From Antedon mediterranea (taxonomy: Eukaryota; Animalia; Echinodermata), in assembly GCF_964355755.1 (NCBI RefSeq), contig NC_092675.1:6071812-6135811 (forward strand): 64,000 nucleotides of DNA, in the 5' to 3' direction. The notes under the pieces were generated by a model. It was not told the origin of the DNA, made no database searches, and was given only the letters and a program-made list of their open reading frames with translations. Positions 12,494-24,600 of this stretch are shown one piece after another. How positions within the stretch are numbered: the first letter of the stretch is position 1; each line of letters starts with the position of its first letter. Made by a program: the position numbers and the translations under genes.

Positions 12494-15400
12494 AGACCAT
12501 TATTAGATGTCCTACTAAATGATTAACCAAACTGGTTAATTATTGTTAAAAATGTTATACAAACTTAGTCTTTTACTCAGCTACTATAGTCTCTTACTAT
12601 ATGTATTACGCAGCAACTAGATGAAAATGCAGCTATGCAAAACAACAACAAAAATATGCTAGGGCTTAACTGAACTCTGGTATTCCTGGTAAGTTTGAAT
12701 TTCTATGTTTTAAACATTAGAAGTGGGTTTGAAAACTGCCAAGAAATCACTTTAATTAAAGATTAATTAATTTAAGTCAAGAGACAATTTATTGCTAATT
12801 ATATTCGTTTATAGGTGTTCAACCTATAGATGGTTTCACTGTAATAGTTGTATACAGTGTTTTTGAATTTTATTAATGGAAAGGGTAGAATATTTCTCAT
12901 TAAATAGATCATCTTTCAACGACTAAAAATAGTATCCATCATTCCACGAAAACATTCATTTGAATGTTATGGGCTAGGCCCCAGGCTCTTCCAAAAATAT
13001 GGTATTTAGAAATTGATCTTGGAGTATAGTTATAAATTTAAACGATGCACACTAGATGTTTTTTTAATGTGAAACAGTCAGAAGAGTCGAGCTACATTCA
13101 TCTACTACTGTAGTATCAAATATATACATTATACACTCCTTAGGATACAGTTGCTATTCAGTAACATAATATGCTGGTAAACGGACATGTGGTACAGTGA
13201 TATTTTAACTAGTTGTGACACAGTAATGTTATATACATAGTAAGGATAGCAAAATATCAGACATGCTTTTAGGATATACAATTTAAAAAAAGATTTATAT
13301 TTCAGCCCTCAACTAATCCTAACCTTAACTAATATTCTACTTAAGATAATTAAAGAGTTTTATTTTTAATGTGACAAGCTTTGAAATTAGATGTTTTTAT
13401 TTCAGTTGCCGGCGACAGGATACCATTAATTAGTTCATGTGGACATGCGTTATAACCATGCATTTCAACTATTTTGACCTTTCACATCTCCTAGCTAAAC
13501 TTAGGAGTTTGACACACACTGGAACATTAACAGTAACACCAACATTTTTGTTGTATGTAAATTACATACACCAGGTTGTCAACATGGGGAGGGGAGTTAA
13601 TCTAAATAATGTTAAAGGGTTAATTATACTGGATTCACACATTATTTCAGTCTTAAAAAGGCCCTTTGCTTTTTGTTGACTCTTTTAACCCTTTTAAAAT
13701 TAACAGAAATTTTGTCATGTGAACAAGCCCTTAGTAGTACACTAGCATTAAAAAATAAGTAGTGAAAATAGGAACGGTTTACATTATTTTTTTAATGAGT
13801 ATCAGTTTATGGTAGTGCGTACTATTGCATGCCATGTGACCCACAATCGTCCAAACAGATTATAGGAATTTATTTATTCATACAAGTTTTATTTTTGTAG
13901 AAAAATGAATTTCATCTTTAATGATATGAATTATCACGGTAATTGCATAGTAGACAAGCTGGCATACTCAAAAGCTTAGAAATGTACATGAACGATCAGG
14001 GTATGATCCATTACGGGCTGTCGTTGCGTAAATGATGTCATTAATCACTGTGGTGAATACTATATCCATGCTGACTAATGATTCTGGATAAAACAAAGGA
14101 TGTGTTGTCAAATTGTGTAAATGATTTTGTTGTAATCCTAAAGCTTGCTCTACACTATCAAAGTTTATGTAACAAAAAAAAATTGATGTGCCCATATATG
14201 GACATGATGATGTCATATCACTACCATATTTTGCCATATCACGACCATATTTTGCCATATCACTACCATATGTGGGCACATCACACTTTTGTTGTCAAAC
14301 TAAAAAGATAGCTTAAGTTGTTATATTGATTAAATGTGTTTGATACAATTGGGTATAAATAAAGGGGTTCTGTAGATGTCACCATACCTCAGTTTACTGT
14401 TAGTTTTAAAAAGTCGATGTGCTTATATTACTGAATATTATTATGACTCTGATTTGGTGAAATTATGGGATGAAATTATGATTGAGTTTTTAATACTAAA
14501 GTCTTGTGTCTGAATTAACCTCAATTCAGGGGTGGGATTTATACTCAAAATGTCAAATAAAGTATTGATAATGAGTGTTATAAACATTAATGTACACTGT
14601 ACTGATTATATAGATGATATAGCATAATAAATGTTGAAATATTGAATCACAAATTGAAATATTCCATTTGCTTGAAGTACTGTATTGTTTTCTGTTGTAT
14701 GTTTTCATGGATATAATTTTATCAAAATAAGAAATGACCAGGATAGGATTGAAGTTACATCATATTGTGTAACAACCTTTGTGTCTGTCTGATTTCAATG
14801 CTAATTGTTAAAGCAATGTCTACACTATCAAACTAGTTTGACAAACAAAGTGTTATGTGCCCAAATATGGTAGTGATATCCCCAAATATGGTAGTGATAT
14901 GATGTCATCATGTCCGTCATAACCTTTGTGTCTGTCTGATTTCAATACTAATTGTTACAAAAAAGGAAGCTACAATACTTGTTGTGTGACTAATTAATAA
15001 TTACAAAACAAAACATATCAGGATATTGTTGATTAAAACTATTTAAATATAAATAAGAGTTAAATGCATTATTGATAGGATTAGGAACATCTCAAAATTC
15101 AAGATTATCAGATTTTGTTTTGTGTTTTATGATAGCTGGTGATGATAGACCACAACTTGTGATTGTAAGTTTTTACACTAGATAAAATATGAAGTCATTT
15201 TCTATGCTTCAATGAACTATAGTTTAAATCTACCATTTATTGGTTTAAAGAATTAAGTAAAGATAATGTTGTTATTAAATTTATTCTTTTGTATAATTTC
15301 AAACGTGTTATGTAAATTTGAATTTGTACAAATTTTTAGATACTTAGATATTAATATAAAATATGGTAATTTTCATTGCTTCAAATGTACTGTTAGTGTA

Positions 15401-15675
15401 ATCCAACATTTTCATGTTTATTTAAAAAGGTCGTTAAGTAAAGATACGATTGTTGAATCATTTTACTAAGTAGTACAGTAAGTCCTGGTGTATTTAATGA
15501 ATTTAATTATGAAATTATATAACCAAAGCACATTATTATAAAAACTTTGTCAGACAAGATAGTCAGATATTGATAGTTTTAAATTAAGTACAGATAACTT
15601 TGTTCCTCATTAAAGAAATATTAAATTTATTCTTTTGTATAATTTCAGATCGACTAGATGACTTGTAGACTGGCC

Positions 15676-18600
15676 ATGGCCGGTTGGAAAACATCAGGCA
15701 CCTATCCATTCCAATCTCCGCAAACGATAACCCACGAAGACTTTATACACACGTTCGTCAACCAATCAAATTCGCATCACAACGGTGCTTTGCAGACTTT
15801 GACATTCTCTCCATCACCTAAGAAAATAGACAGTAGTATGTTTTGTACAAGAGATAATATAGACCAGTGTGTCTCCTACCTAGATCAGGTTTGTATTTGA
15901 AGAGAATTATGATCATTTAGAAATATTGATATATTTGGTAACCTTTCTTACCTGTTGTTGTTTTGTGACTAGGCTAGGAGGCACCGGATCCCTGAAAAGA
16001 TCAAGACTTTACCGATGCTAACTGGGGTGGTTACACACTGATCCTCAGTGATGGTGTATCCCATACTCCGGTTTGGATGCAAGTTTGGTGTTTTGTCTTT
16101 TTGTTCTCTTCATTTTGTTTTACACGCTTTCTCTTTATTGTCCAGCACATAGAGACATCCTTTATTTACGCTATATAAATCTGTCTATTATTATTAATGT
16201 ATATAGGTACTGCAGAGAAGACACATTTTGGGGGTGGGAGTGTTGTGTTATTAATTATTATTTAATAGTTTTTGCCCAGTTTCATCTGAAATTGTTCCTA
16301 TAATAATGTTGTTGTTCACACTCTTGTAATAATACAGTAGTCAGTGAAATTGCTCATATGCTCAGTACTGTATAATACATTAATAGGCATAGTACAATAG
16401 TAAAAAAGGATTAAACACTACAATATTAAAAGGACCAAATAATAAAACTCTTAAAATTTAAAAAAAAATTAAAAGGAGACATCCAAAAATGTTTATCAAA
16501 CTCTGAAGTGAAAGTAAGTTTTTAACTAATTAATTAATTAACTAATTATGAATCACTTATTAAAACTCATTAAAACATTTAAAATTAAAATTCACCATCA
16601 AAATATTTGTACAATCCAACATTCAAAACATTTTTCAAATTATTTAGTGTACATAAACATTTGGATTATGTTATGTCTTACTTTAGTCTTCATCACAAAT
16701 TTAACTTATTTTGGGTGGAATTTCTCTTTTTATTAAATTAGTCAAAATGGATGTCATTTCTGTACAGTTAAAACCATATGTTATTAATTTTACTAGTACA
16801 AGTGAGTGGGATTTGTATGCAACATAGGAAACATGGATTCTGATCATAAGGTTTCTATAATGTAAATTTAGTCTTTTCTCATTCCTGTTTTCAATTACTC
16901 AACCAAATGCCTGACTTGGAGTACTGTTAAGACCAGTATAGGGACAGTCCAGGAATTTGAAAATAGGGCTGTTAATAAATAAATTTGTATTAATGGATTC
17001 TGGCAAAAACAGAAAGATAATTAATGCAGCAACTAAACAACGTCAGACTAGGCCTATAGCGTACAATGTTCATACATTACTGCTGTTTACCTGCTAGGCC
17101 TACAAAACTGAGTCTAGCTAGGCTAGGCCTAAGGCCGTCCACGAGAGGACATTCAATGCGAGCTACTTAGTTAGTGCATTGTTTTCTCTTTTTTTTATTT
17201 TTTATTTAGATTTAAGACAAGGAATGACCTGGTTTAATGTTTTTAAAGATATGCATTATTTTTACAAAACGTCAAAAATTGTAATGGGCCTTTAAAAATC
17301 AGATTTTTGAAAATGATCAAATATGGATGTGTTCTGTACACTTGCTTTATTTCATCTAAACTTATTCAGTATGTATTCTGGTTATGGCAGATTTACATAA
17401 TTTATAAAGTTATAAAAAAAAAAAATACATAGATATAGAGTAGTTCTATCACCTATAATAAAAAGAAGAATGTCAAAATTACATAGAAACAAAATGAATA
17501 TCAATATTTCTTGAGATGAATGTAGTTAAACTTATTTGTAGAAACAGACAGAACTGTGTTTTATGGTGCAGGAACTTGTACCTAACATAGGAAGTTAGTT
17601 CCTACAGCAGGCCTGTTAATCTGAAGTGGGTTCACAATATAGCACTTTAGTGTACAGTACCTCCTAAAATTGTGTCTATATTAAGACAGGAAATTGAGGG
17701 ACATATGAGCCTAAGTGATATGAATTAATTAATAGAAACTGCACTATAAAAGCCAAGAATTAATTATTTTTTTTTAAATTAGTTTTCGTTCTTACCAGGA
17801 GGAACAAACTTTGATTAAATCCGTTGGTGCAACTAACCTCATTTTAAACCATGGTACTTTATTAATAACTGTTACTTCCCCCCTCTTGTGGCTCTCTTAA
17901 TGACAGTATGTAATTTTACAGGCAATAGTCCTACTTCTTCTAGACTTGACATAGTCTTTAGGGTTGTCCCCTAAATGGGGTTGGACATTAATTATAGTAT
18001 TAAAACATATAATTTCTCTTGTTTGTTTCCCAGGAAAGTGTCCTTAATAGAGGTGTTAATTTAAAACTGTAATGTGGAGTACTAGGTACAGAGGTATTAC
18101 CGTATTGTCCACCAAAAACATGAAAAAATTGAAGATTAATAAACAAAAAAAGACTTTGAATAGGCCATTTCGCAGTTTTAATAAAAGTTAATCATTTCCG
18201 TAGAAAAAAAAATTAAAAATAATGTTTTCATAATCTTTTTTTCGGTCAAGGTGAATAACTACTGTATTATGTGACATTAAAATGGCATATTTGAAAAAAA
18301 AAACATTAAACGATATATCTTTAGTCCTCATTTATAAATGCTCAACTAAAATCTATAGTGTAGGCCTAAGAAACTAAAATTCACAATTCAATCATTCAAT
18401 AATCTATGCAAATCAGACTATTTACCCATATCTTTATTTTAGAGCAATACCCTGCTAGAAAGCAAAGGTAACCTTTTGTTAACACTCATCAATTATCAAT
18501 TTGATATTTGATAAGATAATACTATTGACTATGATACTAGACAGGGAAGTTGTGGGGAATATTCATATCATGCACAGAGAGCAAGGTACAGTTATGGCAA

Positions 18601-21600
18601 AGGTTCTGTTTATTTTACATGCATAAGATTACATTCATGTTTTAATTTTTACGGAGGAGTTTTTGTGATGAAAACTAATTACAAAATACATCATGAAAGG
18701 TCAGTTATAATTTAAAACATACAACTGAAAGCATTTTAATTCCAGCACTATCAGAAAATGACTTGCAGTATGTTTGGAGAGGTTTTCAAATATCTAAATA
18801 ATTGTGCCAAATAGATGGCTAAATTCGTCAAGTCAGATTTTCTGTATTTCCAAAAGGAAAGACATTTTCGACTTTACGTATTTCCTTTTTGAAACGCATG
18901 ATGTACCCACAAACTTTACTGCTGTTTATTCGCCATGTAAACCTGTGAAAACACATTGCAATACAGTATAACTCCTCCTTTGAGACACCCTTATTCAGGT
19001 GGCACTCCTCCTTTGAGACACCCTTATTCAGGTGGCACTCCTCCTTTGAGACACCCTTATTCAGGTGGCACTCCTCCTTTGAGACACCCTTATTCAGGTG
19101 GCACTCCTCCTTTGAGACACCCTTATTCAGGTGGCACTCCTCCTTTGAGACACCCTTATTCAGGTGGCACTCCTCCTTTGAGACACCCTTATTCAGGTGG
19201 CACTCCTCCTTTGAGACACCCTTATTCAGGTGGCACTCCTCCTTTGAGACACCCTTATTCAGGTGGCACTCCTCCTTTGAAACACCCTTATTCAGGTGGC
19301 ACTCCTCCTTTGAGACACCCTTATTCAGGTGGCACTCCACCTTTGAAACACCCTTATTCAGGTGGCACTCCTCCTTTGAGACACCCTTATTCAGGTGGCA
19401 CTCCTCCTTTGAGACACCCTTATTCAGGTGGCACTCCTCCTTTGAAACACCCTTATTCAGGTGGCACTCCTCCTTTGAGACACCCTTATTCAGGTGGCAC
19501 TCCTCCTTTGAGACACCCTTATTCAGGTGGCACTCCTCCTTTGAGACACCCTTATTCAGGTGGCACTCCTCCTTTGAGACACCCTTATTCAGGTGGCACT
19601 CCTCCTTTGAGACACCCTTATTCAGGTGGCACTCCTCCTTTGAGACACCCTTTATTCAGGTGGCCCCCCTTATTTGGAGGGGTCCCGAGCATGTCCACAT
19701 TAATAGGAGTTCTACTCTATACACTTTTCTTTAAGATTGTATGTTATAATAATGAAATTGAAATGATTCTTAATGTTATCTTAAAATACACTAATGAATG
19801 TACTGTGTAGAGATCTGCTTAATATCAAGATCATAGAGTAATATCAAAATAGATAAACTTTTACTGTTAAATGTGTTGCCAAACTTTCTAACTATTTCTA
19901 CTTTATCTTTTAACTAATATTATGTTGCATCTTTTGTGGTAGCTATTGTACAATGTTTTCACTTAAATAAACATTATATAAAATAATTGTTTGTATGTTT
20001 ATTATTTTGATACAGGAGGTAACCGTACTTGGCTTCCATTCATTATATTCACCTGCCATTAACGATAGCACATCAGCTGGAACATTTGACGTCACTAAGT
20101 TAATTAACTGTTGTTTTGACCTTATACAAAGACATCAGGAAACTAGAAGGTTTCAAGAGGAACAAGAAAATAAGTAAATATTTGTTTATTTGTTATTACA
20201 TTACATAGATTATTAAGGGGACACCTTCGGGACCAAACAAAATATCCCTTTACTTTGGGGTGACCCTTTAATAGGGGTTATCCTCTGTATGTCCTTAATA
20301 GAGGTGTCTCTGAATAGAGGCGTGTGGCGCAGTGTGTTGGACGTTGGACTACCGATCGTCAGACCTAGGTTCGAATCCAACTCTCGCCGCATTGCTTGTA
20401 TCCGTAGGCAAGATACTTTACTTACGTTGCCTCTCTCCACCCAGGTGTATAAATGGGTACCCAGTTAGATCTAGACACAACTTTGCGCTGGTTACCGGCT
20501 GCATTATGGGAGTATGTTTCCATACGTGTTTGATCCCAAAAAAATACTGGGGTAATAATGCTTGTAAAGCGCCTTTGAGCATGATTACTCATGAAAAGGG
20601 CGCTATATAAATGTGGTATTATTATATTATTATTTAATTCTATTTAATTGTGTTTTTATATCATTAGATTTACCGTATTCATTTGAATATAAAACGATCC
20701 GGCTGTTTATTGTTCAGGAGTGTATTTAGGTGGTCGTTTATTTGAGAGAGGCGTTTATTCGCATCAACACATAATCAAATAAATAGTAATACCCCTAGAT
20801 ATGAAAATATACAACACAATGAATATTGTGTAGTGATAAAATACAGTAAAAATTGTATCAAAATGCTTAGTAAATTGTAGATCATGTCAATCAAAAAATT
20901 CTACTACGAATAGAAATATTAATAGTATAATACATTATTGTGTAGATAATGCGTGTTTTGAGGCGTTTATTTGAGGTTGTCGTTTATTTATTTGTCGTTT
21001 GTTTATTTGTCGTTTATTTATTTGTCGTTTGTTTATGGTGGTTATTCAAAGCTAAATACTTGCTTGTATATTTAATTTCAATAAGCTTTAATATCTCCAG
21101 CGTTTTCCATTCTATTAATCATTTATTTGTCAACAGTGTTTTGTACAGTCATTTGATACTTAATTAGTTACTTAATGTTCATTTATCTCTAAAGGTATTC
21201 AAATCAAAATATACATTTTGTAAGCTTGCTAAATGAGAATTTTAGTTTTTTTATTGCAATGTATGCAGAGGCTGCACTCCAAATAAAGACCACTCTAATT
21301 GAAAATTGTAATTATAAAGAAACTGCCAGCACAAATGAAAAAAAAATTGTTCAATTAATTCTGATTAATTGCCAAATCCGCTGGTCTTTGATTATTGAGC
21401 GACAACAATAGGATTTATTGTTGTTGAATATTATTACTACTATACAGTACATTATTATTGCTCTGTAGCGATGGGTGTATATTATATAATTACATGTAAA
21501 TGGGGTATTTTATGATATGTTTGAAAAATCATCACAAAGTATACAATAATTACATAGGCAAAAACAGATTCGGTCACTGTGGCTTTTATATAGAGTAATA

Positions 21601-24600
21601 TACAGTACTGTATGAACAGACCTTAAAGTTTTTAAGATGAAAACTCAAGTGTAAACCCTACTTTAAAAATAACACTCTTACTAAATGCATGCACTATTTA
21701 CCTGCTGTTGCAAATTATTACAATTATGTTAACATGATTAGCCACACTGAAACAAGCAAACTATCAATCAACTACTTTGTTATGTTTAGGCCCAAAGTAG
21801 TCACTTCCACCTCTCATCAGGTAATGCTATGAGTGACAGGTTTGTCATATTTTGCCCTCCATACATATTTGTATGACTAGGCCTATACTTGCATTGCTTA
21901 CTCAACATTATTTGAATTCTGACTAACAAAATTGCTTAAAGGTTAACCGGACATATTTGCATATAAATTAACCTATGTATTGATATAATTTAGCCTATAC
22001 ATTATAAATTTAAAAATAAAAAATACCTTTGATGAAAAAATCATTTTAATATTGATATTTCAAGTAATTTCAAAGTAGGTAATAATACAGTAACTTGAAT
22101 ATTAATTTTATGTGACAAAATAACCAACCCAACCAAATGACTGATTAATTGAAGAAATGTTATAATTTAGAATAGTTTTAGTAGTTATGAAAGTCTATCA
22201 GTCTTTCATTCAACCTTCATAAAAATATTCTTCCCATTCAACCTTCATAAAAATATTCTTCCCATTCATCCCATAAAAATATTCTTCCCATTCATCCCAT
22301 AAAAATATTCTTCCCATTCATCCCATAAAAATATTCTTCCCATTCATCCCATACAAAAATTCTTCCCATTCATCCCATAAAAATATTCTTCCCATTCATC
22401 CCATAAAAATTAATGTTAATAAATTAATAAACTGTCAATTCTGTGATAATTGCATTATATAGTGACATATTGTACTAAGAAGCCATGCATTTTGTATCCT
22501 GTTTTATGTAGATTTCAAAGTCATACTGTACATCATCATTGGACAGAAGACAGTACAGATGTGTTATAGTAATTCATTTTAAATATACTGCACTTATGTC
22601 ACTATTAAAACATGCCTTAGAATGTAAACCATAAAATGCAGAGCTTTCTTTTGATGCACCTTTGAATTTCATGAATTAATAAAAAATCAAAATGACAAGC
22701 ATAAAAATTAAGCATACAAAATTACATTTATCAGGAAAAAACACATTGAATCTTTACAACTAAATCCCAGATAAAAATGATAACCATTGTGTCGGTCTTC
22801 TGGTGTATGTCCTGCTACCTATAGTGTCTTTTGCTAGCAATGATATATTTTTATGTTACCGTAGGCAGAGGTGGACTTGCGCATTAAAAGTCTTTTATCT
22901 TGCCTAAAGCTCATTTTAGCAATTAGACTATCAAATTAGTTTGATGTGCCCAAATATGGTAGTGATATCCTTAAATATGGCTGTGATGTGCCCATATATG
23001 GTAGTGATATGACATCATCATGTCCATATATGGGTACATCACATTTGTTAGTCACATAAAGTTTGATAGTGTAGACAAGGCTTAAGAAATGAAATCTGTT
23101 TTAGTCCTCTCCACCCACCCTAAACATTTGACACCCATACTCTACATTACATCCGTAACGTAACGTAATTTCGTTTTGCAAGCCTGATATTATCATTATT
23201 AATAATATTGTATATTCAAACGAATCAATTTATAAGTAAAATATATTTATTTTTGTAGTTCATTTTCCAACACACTGTTATTAAATTGTTTATTACGTTT
23301 CCATAACCATGACAACACAAAACATCACAGTTAATTATTATTAAAGTTGCAATGTAATTTTAAATTTAAATTCATATTTACATTTTACAACGGAAATGTC
23401 AGGAGCCAATTAAGCCTTACGAGTAATTACTAAGTGGATTTTGAAAGAAAAGACGAATTGCTAAACGTATAGTATGATTAGGTTGGTTTCCGCATGTTTG
23501 CTGTAGTTTGTACGATGTTTACAGCTCCGTTAGTATGCACACCTGCAGTTTGCTCCAATGCAGTGGAATGCATTACCTTTGTCCACTAAACCCATAGTTG
23601 ATAGCATGTGTACGCATTCAACTACAAATGTAGGCTGTCTCTGTCAATAAAAATTCAATTCCATCAAGCTTTTGTGATGTTAAAATTATTTTTCACTTGT
23701 CCTTCAGATCTGACATTAATCCATTGGTCCAACTTTCAATTACTGTTAATGTGTGTGTTGAGACACAATACATGATAGAAAGGTTACTGTGTAATAATTT
23801 AATTTTTTGTTAAAATTTACAAATTACATCGTCATCATTTCTTCCCTAAAAAGCAGAAAAATGAAGAAAAAAACCCGTTGTATTAAATATTAGTATTTAA
23901 CAAGTTCTTCTATGAATATTAGTATTATAACTGCGGCCTCACTGGCCACTTCTTTGATTTGAAATAGTACCTAAGAAAGAACGCGAAAGGCTTGTAATCA
24001 TGCCACAATCGAGATAATTTATTGTATAACTTCTCAATATAGTAGTAGAATAACCTAACACAATCGTAATACAGTAATTATAACTAAGACCTCCTCTCCG
24101 GTCTATAGCCACACTTGCTAGTGAGATTTCTATTATTATACCTTGCATGGCATTTATGCAAATCAACCTAGGTGAGCATACGTTCAAAAACTATTACGTA
24201 ATCATTAGCTCAGTTACAAGTATAGCTATGCTTTATAGCTAGTTTTTAATGAAGAACTGGTAATTTAATGTGGTTGCAATATGTTACGAACTCTTGGAAA
24301 TAAAATCCCTTCCTAGTACAATTCTGGTCGTTTTGATATCCCATGTGTATGTACTGTACTGTATGGATGCGTGAAGTAGGAAAACAAACAACATCAAATG
24401 TGCAAGCTTTCTCTCTCACTTTCCCGCGCACGATCTCTTAAGCTCTGTCTACACTATCAAACTTTATGTGACAAAAATATGTGATGTGCCCATATATGGA
24501 CATGATGATGTCATCACTACCATATTTGGGCATATATTATCAGTACAATATTTGGGCACATCATACTAGTGTAATGGTGTAGAAGGAGCTTAATAGATAC

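Noticed and set aside
13968-14311. ORFs containing [13 protein letters not shown]-like peptides (also 49831 and 56797)
   Set aside because: Chance translations of MITE family A.
18443-18467. SSX2IP micro-exon (TTTTAG..AAAG|GTAACC)
   Set aside because: 25 nt (or 23 nt) breaks the frame between phase-0 neighbours, which already join in frame.
18971-19664. CRISPR array
   Set aside because: The 33-bp units are contiguous with no unique spacers, there are no cas genes, and the context is a eukaryotic intron.
18828-19810. 284-aa and 170-aa repetitive ORFs as genes
   Set aside because: Artefacts of a stop-free 33-bp unit; they sit inside a MITE within an SSX2IP intron, and the 284-aa ORF starts at a non-ATG codon.
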